NCBI GenBank assembly: GCA_021773175.1
Contig: JAJFKO010000059.1
Location: forward strand, 845 to 64,844
Reading direction: 5' to 3'
Source of the DNA: Gammaproteobacteria bacterium
GTDB taxonomy: Bacteria; Pseudomonadota; Gammaproteobacteria; JAJFKO01
DNA: 64,000 nucleotides
The position numbers and the translations under genes were made by a program. This document shows positions 49,501 through 55,007 of the stretch, one piece after another (the first letter of the stretch is position 1; every line of letters starts with the position of its first letter). Below the pieces are notes generated by a model. It was not told where the DNA came from. It searched no databases and saw only the letters and a program-made list of their open reading frames with translations.

Positions 49501-49810
49501 CATTGAGAGCAACAGGTAAAAATGCGGCTCCCGTTTTTAATACGCCAAGTAGAGCAATAATAAAATCAATATCTCTTTCAAAAACTAACAAAATAATGTC
49601 GTTGGCTTGTAAAGGATGCTTTACTATCGACTTGTATTGTTTGATAAGATTATACGCAACTTGATTAGCCGCAGAATTCAATTCATTGAACGTTAGCTGT
49701 CTATGGTTACAAATAACAGCAATTTTATCTGGGTAAATCGACGCTATTTTTTCAAATAGCCGGGAAAAACCTATATTACTGGTTGTTTTACCTCGATTGC
49801 CATCCTGCAT
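34514..49810 (-). CDS. non-ribosomal peptide synthetase, 5098 aa. Domains A1-T1-E | C2(DCL)-A2-T2 | C3(LCL)-A3-T3 | C4(LCL)-A4-T4 | C5-T*-TE*, with the terminal T and TE degenerate
   Basis: By motif. A cores: YTSGSTGxPKG at aa 172, 1703, 2785, 3859; A10 NGK/NDK. T serines: GGDS 561-564, GGHS 2110-2113, GGHS 3186-3189, GGNS 4253-4256. E motifs: PLSPIQQHFF 620, HHLYVDIISW 752, EGHGRE 889, VGWFTSMYPV 906. C motifs: HHHITMDGWS 1225, HHIITDRWS 2300, HHHIATDGWS 3375, HHLITDGWS 4442. Approx nt (±60): A1 48266-49753; T1 47996-48208; E 46631-47968; C2 45266-46543; A2 43625-45178; T2 43361-43573; C3 42011-43303; A3 40391-41938; T3 40136-40348; C4 38771-40078; A4 37196-38713; T4 36926-37138; C5 35576-36883. 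Confidence 0.95.
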   Translation of the reverse strand: MQDGNRGKTTSNIGFSRLFEKIASIYPDKIAVICNHRQLTFNELNSAANQVAYNLIKQYKSIVKHPLQANDIILLVFERDIDFIIALLGVLKTGAAFLPVALNAPKQRLDFIIQQAECKLALTSNQYENSAFLADCQVEYIENLQKNDGEQSNLNVSPDITIPIDSLAYVIYTSGSTGEPKGVMIEHQNLNHYINAISDILKLKPGGKFANLSPVYADLGYTNIFLALCSANTLVLITEEQTYNPMLFAQTMDAHSIDVVKIVPSHLNVLLDCENPQAILPNKQLILGGEVASPQLLMKLHNLSPKLKIINHYGPTETTIGAFTFTKGNKYLESLPIGKVLNGMQAYVLDEERKPVKSGEIGELYLSGDGVARGYLKNPEETKKSFIDSVFLKGSTRAYKTGDLVRVLSDNNVEYIGRQDYQLKVRGYRVELTEIEHALNLHPDIKNAVVLGAKRNDKTVLVAYVILTNKKTLLDLQQIKEYLKDILPQYMIPGSIIFLEKLPLNNNGKLDRKKLLEKFKTHKAEVQGHTETDIEIQILKIYKEVLGLDNISVNDDFFELGGDSISAIQIISRAGRLGYSLQIQFVFDNPSVFKLAKFIESTNANKNLVIHNSCEEGDIPLSPIQQHFFSLKLLNQNHYNQAFLLETKVKLKKPEVEKIICALIEQHSTFRIRFRFDDGNILQTYQNNTNIFNVSVHEHLIAAENEELRKQKTDKIVCQLNKQLDISNGDILQVGLLHDDIKKEYFLYITIHHLYVDIISWHVLFADFAFLYELQCDNKALSFPAKTQSFLDWQDALLKFCSSKLQENEINYWQAVEKDFPQEHAQKNNASNNEDTGTYTFTLSKKLSTMLLKDANKLINTNINDILLSALVAAYSTWQKTEKIGLCLEGHGREDCIQDIDVSSVVGWFTSMYPVILTNPCSLIESETDYFSLIKHIKNILHYIPDNGLSYGMYRYLQQNNDNASFEPEFNICFNYIGQLDSVIKTSSLYKKISPLDNFRVAPQNRAIHSLYFLSWVIDDKFSLQINASTKQYSIDEINNLLSLLEFHLENIINACCNTSQRYYTPSDFLLKRDFPQKTLDHIFEKNQVENISYLSPIQEGMLFHYLYGPISDEYCVQISWELEASCKPHLFKQAWQEIIQRYPVFRLSFLWENLPEPIQIVHKNTTIPWVVLDWRQRAKKNLNRALSKLCKNDREKGFMLSEPCIMRFFLVRLEDEKYVFIWNHHHITMDGWSVSIIKKEVMSAYHAYCNNEKYTNLKLTSYDNYLRWLHTSNMDRVMAFWKSEVEGLNSPMQLPFISYKEGISHSQRVKVIKDKSMKLSVNVLQKAVKFKADYKITLNTLLQMTLMTLFSRYTNTDDIIFGMVCSGRPPEVLESDKIVGLLVNTLPLRMTLDNDKNIIDLLSALQQKIHSVNSNAAIGITDIKKLSNISDERLLFDCFSNYEHYPDYIQSTDFANYKINEKNSFTLGFNFTKNNGIFVQIQYDANRIKSEAIGILLKQFKRTFTNLLANPQVPLANLDILTAKERRQILTEWNDTSVSYPRDKTIVELFTEQVAQTPQNIAVSYRDEMLTYAELQQQVMLKANALHYTYHKHYKEGISKDSIIGVCMERNLDLVVTLLSIMQVNAAYMPIDPDFPISRIAYMLKDSQPVLILCQEKFASQLFSIDELPCPVLISEKLSEVAAEPIDNLDPFSAEQLAYVIYTSGSTGNPKGVMLQHRGIVNELLWMQRAYNFTSDDRVLQTTVFSFDISVWELFLPLVTGAELVIAEPKGHKDPHYLMELINRKRITTLQFVPTMLDAFVKNFLRDNASMKLTSLSRVFVIGEALSSELAMLFTQCFDAALYNFYGPTEASIGVSIYNCRQERSDELPIVPIGRPIFNTQLYVLDKNLNLLPVAMVGELYIGGEGLARGYLNRAKLTSERFIANPFVSTEDKLAGRNLLLYKTGDLCRWLPDGNIEYVGRMDFQVKVRGYRIELGEIEAKLQQHEDVSQAVVILSENNQVACLVAYVVLNKKSINKEMAISMKLQTWLSKCLPEYMVPSVIIRLDSLPLTSNDKLDRKALPAPEWDTFRARSIYTAPRDEMEVNLINLWQEVLNVKQVGIHDDFFKLGGHSILAMQLSLKIQQYFHVDCPVAILFKYKTVADLSSHIKSGINKNSVKDNIINITKAEKSDSYLLSSAQQRLWFLDAYESSSSATYNVPYIVHLHGKINVSILKQSFVLLLQRHQILRTYFGFKDDATYQCVDEKCDVFFEEIHTDEKNAIALTRTAIHSPFDLANGPVFKVYLYFLANNEFILLINQHHIITDRWSLQIITNELSEYYSALLEERMPELPEQKYQYIDYATWEQSNSISKRFSEQISYWQEQLLDAPTLTLPLDYVRPAVKKYDGANCFFELDSELVKSVRSLCDEADSTLFMVLFAVFNLLLHKYSGQDDIVVGTPIANRHQDGVATMLGFFINTLAIRSNITENISTIDYIKTIKATCLSAYGHQDIAFEHLVDTLNIERDTSRTPLFQVMFVLEQADELSTLVLPGVEVQDYSQGLEVAKFDLTLSVTEKNNRIGCRFNYDKALFSNVTISQMSGHFTSLLQDVVTRKTDNIASLTMLTSIEREQLLYGWNQTNSDYPKSKNITELFAEQVKRNPNNIAVVYQNKSLTYAELDKQANQMANYLRTSYQDRVKVAIQPDTFIALCMERSIDLIISILAILKVGAAYVPLDLNYPEARLAHMLNDTKAELLITNEKTFNVLALLHELKNEIIIIEQVMPDILACPESAPPNIAKPSSLAYISYTSGSTGLPKGVMIEHESVIALAKEEHLIDMQEGDVYAFAANISSDVAAFELWIGFLNGATMVCIDKQDLLHPERFKNIITQHNMTHIVMTTALFHEYVLFDSTIFSSLKYIMFGGEAVNTAIVDKLLQIPENNKVQVLNLYGPSENTTLSTGFNISRDKHEGLSHYPIGKPSSNTTAYILDRDKSPVPIGITGELYLGGIGVARGYLNREELTQERFINNPFLTAEELEDGRNLRLYRTGDLVRRLADGNIDYIGRSDFQIKIRGFRVELGEIEAELQSHDSVSQAVVLLSKVGDASHLVAYVVYNNEVEMLDTDELLVWLAERLPEHMIPTVIIKMQSLPLTANGKVDHKALPEINKGKLSKAKYTAPRNKTEQTLTELWQNILTVEKIGVYDDFFRLGGHSLLAIQLSLKIQKNFNIDCPVAILFSHKTIAELSGYIQDHQSVSQEQHETTTLTKAKKASSYPLSSAQQRLWFLDAYESSSSSTYNVPYVIRLLGELDAAVLKKSFDYLLARHDILRTHYGMEKSVPRQFVKAKVDIEFVEKDVKNNSLDAILHKDIHQSFDLSSGPIIKVYLYLLSDKNYVLLINHHHIATDGWSLQILLQELGETYQSYIKNQSPTLPELQYQYTDYAVWEQSSLASEQRLKQVDYWRTQLANMPILNLPTDYPRPAIKKTEGESYNFELDENIVEAVKLLCSETDSTLFMVMLAAFNMLLQRYSGQSDIIVGTPITSRKQESVASMLGFFINSLAIRSDLSGDINFIELVKRVKSTCLAAYSHQDVAFEHLVDELEVVRDTRRTPLFQVRFVLQQQDEQLELLLPDIEVEEYPQRLKVSKFDLTLDIIDKEDKLACSINYDKALFCESTIANMAGHFAMLLQEALASPKQPILCHKILSPGEYDLILNDWSLVDSQPIKDVSLLASLKSHTQTCPDAVAVVDAVSQLTYAELDKRSDLLAKYLMSRHRALGIDKDSEVFVGILLERSVAFLVAMLAVWKSGAAYIPFDLKFPAQRVINILNSAHAQFLIAEPASLPEICEHTKVEYISILEIAKHQDSSYKELTLPSVQSDKLAYIVYTSGSTGKPKGVMIEHKNVTNYAHALQRRLEFSSETSFVHISTLAADLGYTTLFMSLMSAGTLHFLTDEYSLDGQAFSTYMRTHNIDCLKITPSHLEGLLSIDDGPTLLPKKVLILGGESSSPCLLKKIQALSPQLRIINHYGPTEATIGAITHELKRDDNQKYSLPLGKGLANVSLYILDKMQQPVPEGVIGELYIGGAGVARGYLNNKSLTEQSFIPNPFSTNTQAVRLYKTGDLCKWSDAGDVIYIGRVDFQVKVRGYRIELNEIKVTLSQHDAVKNAEVLTSNKNQNQLIAYIVLANTQQPVTSKELRRYLHDRLPEYMVPSKVAILEQFPLTANGKINRQALSAIEINADEIGTGETSQYDEIEEIVLTIWCKVLDINKVAKGVGFFCIGGNSLLAMTLCSLIQEHFSIRFPVNLVFKYSSVDEMASYIRNNLFDVSGYKFKMCVIKDRKNEYSLSTSQERIWFLSQYYGKNFSAYNMPHAYNLDGEVNIAVLEKSLDKILSRHESFNTVFIERGGQVRQKVVTNQCFKLDVIAVKKAQLPEHLKKDFYAPFDLINGPLIRLKLYNLSAKKHVLVISQHHLITDGWSVKIILNELKAIYSAYIINQEPELSPQKYHYKDFVFWQRRLLSENVFNSQIDYWQKKLKNFNIVTVPCDHKEVKQDNFLASQFSIMLNNKEKNKIHEIVSNHNVTPFMFFLSCVMSLLYACSGSDDVVVGSNVANRHYPDTGNIVGFFANSLPFRAQFNKDLLFSDLLSQVKETCLEAYANQDVPFEVLLERLKMSSGVSALPLYKVAIDYTLAATESEIDMPGFVLSPIKDDHLITKLELVFRFVEHREGLSMQLVYNNSLYNDGTIKTVFKALKDLMSSLFAGYSDKPIIEMPLFSQLKKHFQNKQKILLSSSAKQQLSFSSKVALSATKDKEFALKYKLSKIWYEILGHSNFSTKDPFYMVGANRILSIRILECINKMFNREYDLAWLFEHATINSQIHAFSAAEINTKFQPIIKYNDFGGKIPIYFVHPISSGAEVYAELAKTINEDIPFYGIDSDFVFQSSQCIKTIKALANRYLSCIRNTNHVESYCLGGWGFGGVIAFEMAQQLRKENQPVKKLLLVDSCLTTDYSLDIYQYSEKHIQQINTLWHLLPKTYKEHIKNNWKLAKDLLQNYKPEKYNGDTILIKASKETKQEASIKPIKRLKVDDDYGWKSLIDHLEIKTISATHDTILHGQALKEITDIINKL
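34517..35224 (-). other. degenerate thioesterase (TE*) domain of the NRPS: nucleophile position is Gly (GWGFG instead of GWSxG)
   Basis: aa 4863-5098. Codon GGA at 34970-34972, checked on DNA (…TTA GGA GGC TGG GGA TTT GGA GGC…). The second NRPS TE has GWSLGG at the homologous position. Confidence 0.7.
35261..35473 (-). other. degenerate carrier (T*) domain of the NRPS: Ser of the GGxS motif replaced by Arg (GANR)
   Basis: aa about 4780-4850: KYKLSKIWYEILGHSNFSTKDPFYMVGANRILSI. Checked on DNA (GGT GCC AAT AGA). Homologous to the T domain of the second NRPS (EYKLYRIWCHLLDQEKINFDEEFFACGGNSLLVI). Confidence 0.7.
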
Positions 49811-50071
49811 TCTCTACTTTCCCACAAGTCCATTTAACATAATATATTATAGTTATAATTCTTATTATCTATTTGGTATTTATAGCAAAAAATAAAATAA
49901 TGTCAAGCTGTAAAGTTAACGAGATTATTATAATTTCCCAGAAATTCTACTTTTAGTCAGAGATAGTCTAAGGGAGGATGATCCTCCTGCTTGACGTTTT
50001 TTTTGTGAGCCTATAAATTATAAAAGCATTTTCCATTTTTTTTAAATTTTTTCATCCATGCTAGAGATCTA

Positions 50072-50106
50072 CCCATTGGAATTCGAAATGCGAGAATTCC
50101 AATGGG
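50072..50106. promoter_or_regulatory. perfect 13-bp inverted repeat CCCATTGGAATTC-N9-GAATTCCAATGGG in the divergent NRPS / transporter intergenic region
   Basis: Seen directly. Sits mid-way in the about 650-bp AT-rich region between the NRPS start (49810, minus) and the first MOP transporter (50464, plus). Candidate operator for a dimeric regulator, or an intergenic hairpin. Confidence 0.4.
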
Positions 50107-50463
50107 TATATACATCATCTTATATGAAGATGCGAGAGTGACTAAAATGAGATACTTTATGAGCTGGCCGCTTTTAGTGGCGAATAGCCATTCTATGTAA
50201 CAATTTTTTCCATATGATTTATTGTCAATAATGATGTGCGAATGGCGTATTAAAAGTCGCATATTCATTTAAAGAAGATGTTACTAATATGATCGAATAT
50301 TAACACTTTAATTTTATACTAGAATTTAACTGTAAAATTTATGATAATCTCTTAAGAATGTTTATAACATCATCAGAGATAATGAAAATACTAACGCTGT
50401 ACCTAACAACTAAAAACATAAGACAAACTGATACTAGTTTGCACACTAAGCAACTAAAAAAAA

Positions 50464-51795
50464 ATGAAAGATAAGTACGTTAATACACACTTCCCACCTT
50501 TTAAGGTTCTCTTGAAAAATTCGATCGCAAGTATATTTCTAATGTTAGCTGCATTTATTATCAACTATTCATTCAACCTCTTGTTAGCCCGCTTACTAAC
50601 TGCAAAAGAGTATGGTGATGTCAATATTACAATTGCAGTTATTATGATATGTACACCATTTTTAATTGTTGGGGCAAATTATGCTGCAATGGTTTTTTTA
50701 AGTGGCTACTTTATTAACAAAGATTATTCACATGCTAAAGGCTTTCTCCTCTGGATAAAAAAACGATTCTTTCTAGGCTCGTTAATAACCATTTTTATTG
50801 GCAGTTTTGGAATCAGCCTAGAAATTGTGTTAATTAAATATAATATTGTTAACGCCCCTTTTATACATCCAGCTATTTTTTCTTTTTGGATAATTCCATT
50901 TTCTGCGGCAATGCTTATTCTGACCGCAATTACAGCAGCGTTTCAAGAGTATATTTTCTCTTCATTTAGTAACAAGGTTTTAATTTATTTATTCTCAATG
51001 ATACTTATCTATGTATGGTCAACATCAATAGGGATTCTAAATACTTATGTTGCAATTTTATGTATTGGTATAGCTTATATTATAACGGTTATCCTACAAT
51101 TAATTTATTTGTTTTTTAAAATCCCTGAAAGCTATTATAAAGCAAAATTTTTACGTGAAGACAAGTCATGGAAATCAGTATCATTACAATTATTTTATAC
51201 AAGACTCGGCTATCTTATTTCTTCAACAATTAATCTGATTATGTTAGAAGTTTTAGGTACTCACAAAGCGGATGTTGGTAACTTTGCGGCAATACTAACA
51301 ATTCTAAGTGTCATGCAGCTTACAAGTATAGCTTTTAGTTTCGTTCTAGAACCAATGATAAAACCATGCTTCACATATAATCGTCTTAAATTCCTGCAAT
51401 ATTTTCTAAATATTGTCAATGCAGTTAACGTATCCGCTCTTATTCTGTTCTCTCTCATTATTGCAATCTTTGGCAAAGAATTACTTGCCCACTTTAACCC
51501 TATCTTTGCTAACGCCTATGACTCATTAATCTTATCACTAATAGGAATAACTATTTATTTTCTATTACCTACATCACGGGCGGTACTGAACTTTGCTGGA
51601 TATACTCCAAAAATGACAAAAATCCTGTCTTATCAAGTTGCCATTTTCCTTGTTTTAGATTGTATATTGATTCCAAGATATAATTTATTTGGTGTCGCAA
51701 TTGCTATGACATCAGGTTACATTTTCACGAGTCTAATGGGGCTATTTTATTGTAAAAAATATATAAAGCAATTAAAGACATTCTTTATAATATAA
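50464..51795 (+). CDS. MOP-superfamily transporter, Wzx/PST-like, paralog A
   Basis: 443 aa, about 12 TM. N-terminal PST-like pattern …LKNSIASIFLMLAAFIINYSFNLLLARLLTAKEYGDVNITIAVI… About 35-40% identical to paralogs B and C. Confidence 0.55.
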   Translation: MKDKYVNTHFPPFKVLLKNSIASIFLMLAAFIINYSFNLLLARLLTAKEYGDVNITIAVIMICTPFLIVGANYAAMVFLSGYFINKDYSHAKGFLLWIKKRFFLGSLITIFIGSFGISLEIVLIKYNIVNAPFIHPAIFSFWIIPFSAAMLILTAITAAFQEYIFSSFSNKVLIYLFSMILIYVWSTSIGILNTYVAILCIGIAYIITVILQLIYLFFKIPESYYKAKFLREDKSWKSVSLQLFYTRLGYLISSTINLIMLEVLGTHKADVGNFAAILTILSVMQLTSIAFSFVLEPMIKPCFTYNRLKFLQYFLNIVNAVNVSALILFSLIIAIFGKELLAHFNPIFANAYDSLILSLIGITIYFLLPTSRAVLNFAGYTPKMTKILSYQVAIFLVLDCILIPRYNLFGVAIAMTSGYIFTSLMGLFYCKKYIKQLKTFFII

Positions 51796-52069
51796 CGAAT
51801 ATACAGCTGTTACTTGTTTAAAATAATCACTATAACAACAAAAATGTTTGGTATGATTTTCGCATTTTGAGATTTCTGAATAACGATAACCGTCATCATA
51901 AGCTAATACTGCTTTTATGCGGTCATGGATCGCTCGCATCTTCATTGGTGAGAGCTATATATCCCAAGACATTTGAATAATGCATAAAAATGGGCTCAGG
52001 AAGTGGACAAGCTTCAATTTTTAGTCTAGATATTGATAATGATAGTTAAATAAATCAGAATAAATCAAT

Positions 52070-53443
52070 ATGTCTCAAGAATATAGACGTCACACCAGTA
52101 ACAAACTAGATGAGGCTCCGCATAAAAAGGAAAACCTTTTTCCATCAGGGAAAGTACTCTTTAAAAACTCTTTATTCAGTATCTTCATGCTTCTACTATC
52201 TTACATTGTTATTTATTTTTACAATATTATTCTCGCACGATTATTAACACCTGCACAATACGGAGATATAGGCGTAACAATTGCCATTATTACAATTTGT
52301 ATCCCTCTTCTGCTTATAGGTGGAAACCTCGCCTCCAAATTGTATCTTGGCTCTTACTTTATGAGTCAAGATTATTCGCATGCGCGCGGATTTCTTGTTT
52401 GGCTACGTCGACGTTTTCTAATTGGAACACTTGTCATTAGTATTATTGGCACACTATTAATTACCGCGGATACGACTCTTCTAAATCTCGGCATAATCAA
52501 ACAACACTTTTTTCATCCTGCTATCTACGCTTTCTGGTTGGTCCCTCTTGCAACTTTTGCAACGTTACAGTCAGCCATTGCCAATGCATTACAGCGTTTT
52601 GTTTTATCTATTTTCCCCATAAAAGTATTACTCTATCTTCTCGCTATGCCTATATTTTATATTTATGCGGTTTGTATCGACAAAATGAACACTTATAGTG
52701 CCATATTTTGTATCGGTATTACTTACGTGATCGTCATTATAGTCCAGACTACATTTCTTTATATAAACTTTCCGAGCAAATATTTTAATATAAAAGTTAA
52801 AATGAAACATATTGAGTGGCATAAAACCTCCCTACAACTTTTTATTTCCACGCTTGCGTTCTTGAGTGTCGCAACAATAAGTTTAGTTATGGTTGAAGTA
52901 TTAGCCACACAAGAAGGTGACGTTGGAATCTTTACTGCAATATTAGCTATTACGGGCTCTTTACCACTGCCAAGTCTCGCCTTTAACTATATTATCTCTC
53001 CTATTATAGCCCCTGCATTTACACAAAATCAGATACCTTATTTACAAAAATTATTACATCACTGCAATTTCTTTAATATTATTATTACCTTTACTCTCTT
53101 AGTTATTATTATCTTTTTTGGGAAAACTCTATTAGCACACTTTAACCCAACATTTTCTCTCGCATACTCAACACTATTAATCTGTGCTATTAGTTTTGCA
53201 ATATATTACCTTGCCTTTTCTGCCATTATGCTATTAATGTATCATGGTCAAACAAAATTGCTTAGTAAAATTCTTATAGCTCAGTTGTTAATTATTATAG
53301 TTTTAGATCTGATTCTTATTCCAGAATATCAAATGTTGGGTGCTGCAATCAGCTTAGCTTGTGGATATATAACTGCGGGATTAGCCTTTATCTTCTTTGC
53401 CAGAAGACACATAAAAGATCTAAAAACATTCTTTATTCTTTAA
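52070..53443 (+). CDS. MOP-superfamily transporter, Wzx/PST-like, paralog B
   Basis: 457 aa. About 70% identical to paralog C over full length (FPSGKVLFKNSLFSIF…LARLLTPAQYGDIGVTIAII…). Confidence 0.55.
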   Translation: MSQEYRRHTSNKLDEAPHKKENLFPSGKVLFKNSLFSIFMLLLSYIVIYFYNIILARLLTPAQYGDIGVTIAIITICIPLLLIGGNLASKLYLGSYFMSQDYSHARGFLVWLRRRFLIGTLVISIIGTLLITADTTLLNLGIIKQHFFHPAIYAFWLVPLATFATLQSAIANALQRFVLSIFPIKVLLYLLAMPIFYIYAVCIDKMNTYSAIFCIGITYVIVIIVQTTFLYINFPSKYFNIKVKMKHIEWHKTSLQLFISTLAFLSVATISLVMVEVLATQEGDVGIFTAILAITGSLPLPSLAFNYIISPIIAPAFTQNQIPYLQKLLHHCNFFNIIITFTLLVIIIFFGKTLLAHFNPTFSLAYSTLLICAISFAIYYLAFSAIMLLMYHGQTKLLSKILIAQLLIIIVLDLILIPEYQMLGAAISLACGYITAGLAFIFFARRHIKDLKTFFIL

Positions 53444-53448
53444 CTGTG

Positions 53449-53525
53449 TAGGACTTACGATAAATGATAACATCAGCTTGAGCCCTCTGGGTATAATAAA
53501 GAAATCGGTGTTTAGCATAAGTCCT
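53449..53525. repeat. 77-bp MITE-like copy between transporter paralogs B and C
   Basis: AGGACTTACGATAAA … TTTAGCATAAGTCCT terminal inverted repeats. Begins 6 nt after the paralog B stop. Confidence 0.5.
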
Positions 53526-53622
53526 AATTATATTATTGACAGGACTACTGCATTTAAAAAAGTAGACTAAATGCCATTCCTAATCTAAACTTTTACAATC
53601 ATAGTTTAATAATTAAATAAAT

Positions 53623-54996
53623 ATGCCAATAAAAATAAATAATCCCCTACATAATCAACCGATTAGCGAACAGAAAAAAAACGAAACTCTTTTTCCTTCA
53701 GGGAAAAAACTCGCCCAAAACTCTGTACTCAGTATTTTTATCATGATCCTAAGTTATATCGCTATTTATTTCTACAATATCGTTCTAGCAAAATTACTTC
53801 CTCCTGGGCAATTTGGTGATATAGGCGTTACTATGGCTATTATTGCAATTTGTATTCCAATACTTGTTCTGGGTGGATCTCTTGCATCCAAACTATATCT
53901 TGGCAATTATTTTGTTTCTCAAGATTATCCTCATGCTCGCGGTTTTCTTGTTTGGTTACGTCGACGTTTCTTTTTTGGAACCCTTCTTATTAGTATAATC
54001 GGTACTCTTTTAATTACGACCGACCTTACTTTACTTAGACTGGGTATTATAAAAGAACATTTTTTTCATGTTGCGATCTATGCATTTTGGCTTGTGCCAC
54101 TTGCAACCTATGCAATGCTACAAGCAGCGATAGCCAATGCATTACAACGCTATGTTTTGTCAATCTTTCCAACCGGCGTCTTACGTTATTTTCTAGCTAT
54201 CCCAATACTTTATCTATTTGCGGTTTATGTTGATAAAATGAATGCTTTTCATGCTATTTTTTGTATTGGCATAACATATGTAATTCTTATTTGTATTCAA
54301 GCAGTATTCTTATATATCAACCTTCCTAATAAATATTTTAATACCAAAGTTAAAATAGAACATATAGAATGGAAAAAAACATCATTACAGCTCTTTATTA
54401 CTACTATTATTTATCTTTGTGTATCATCCGCCAGTTTAATGTTATTGGAAGCAATCGGAAATACGGAGTCTGAAGTTGGAACAATGACAGCGATGCTAGT
54501 CATTCTTGGCATAATGCCATTATCCAGCGTCGCATTTGGTTACATTGTTAATCCTATTGTGAAACCAGCACTTGAGCTCAATCAAATAGATTACTTACAA
54601 AAACTTTTAAATAGATGCAATTTTTTTAATATAATAACTCTTGCCATTGTACTATGTATTATTATATTTTTTGGAAGTGATTTATTATCACATTTCAATC
54701 CTGACTTTAAGCAGGCATATATACCCTTATTAATCTGTGCATTTGCATTTGCAATAAATTCCTGCCTTTACTTTACTAGAATGGTGTTGATGTTTGGTGG
54801 CGAACAAAAACTTTTTAATAAAATAGTCATCGCCCAGTTAATCATTATTGTTGTTTTAGATTTAATACTTATCCCCATCTATCAACTCCTTGGGGCTGCA
54901 ATTGGTTTAGCAACAGGGTATATAGCTATTGCCTTTATTGCTCTCTTCTTTGTAAGACGGCGCTTTAAAAATATCAAAACATTTTTTATTATTTAG
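53623..54996 (+). CDS. MOP-superfamily transporter, Wzx/PST-like, paralog C
   Basis: 457 aa. Near-duplicate of B. Convergent with hisS (11-nt gap). Confidence 0.55.
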   Translation: MPIKINNPLHNQPISEQKKNETLFPSGKKLAQNSVLSIFIMILSYIAIYFYNIVLAKLLPPGQFGDIGVTMAIIAICIPILVLGGSLASKLYLGNYFVSQDYPHARGFLVWLRRRFFFGTLLISIIGTLLITTDLTLLRLGIIKEHFFHVAIYAFWLVPLATYAMLQAAIANALQRYVLSIFPTGVLRYFLAIPILYLFAVYVDKMNAFHAIFCIGITYVILICIQAVFLYINLPNKYFNTKVKIEHIEWKKTSLQLFITTIIYLCVSSASLMLLEAIGNTESEVGTMTAMLVILGIMPLSSVAFGYIVNPIVKPALELNQIDYLQKLLNRCNFFNIITLAIVLCIIIFFGSDLLSHFNPDFKQAYIPLLICAFAFAINSCLYFTRMVLMFGGEQKLFNKIVIAQLIIIVVLDLILIPIYQLLGAAIGLATGYIAIAFIALFFVRRRFKNIKTFFII

Positions 54997-55007
54997 CCGT
55001 GCGAGCG

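Noticed and set aside
37196-49753. Suspicion that A1/A4 (motif A-A-D-L-G-Y-T instead of F-D-x-S) activate a non-amino-acid substrate
   Set aside because: Hand alignment to PheA places the Asp at position 235. The full code is DLTKIGHIGK, an Asp/Asn-type code, for which D-L-G is normal.
50011-50268. 85-aa minus-strand ORF in the NRPS/transporter intergenic region
   Set aside because: Overlaps the 13-bp perfect palindrome and AT-rich promoter region. No homology signal. More likely regulatory DNA.
50464-54996. Calling the three transporters MATE multidrug exporters
   Set aside because: The N-terminal region (basic-Leu-Leu-x-x-x-Glu-Tyr-Gly-Asp after TM1) fits PST/Wzx-type MOP members better than MATE. 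Kept as generic MOP with Wzx-like features.
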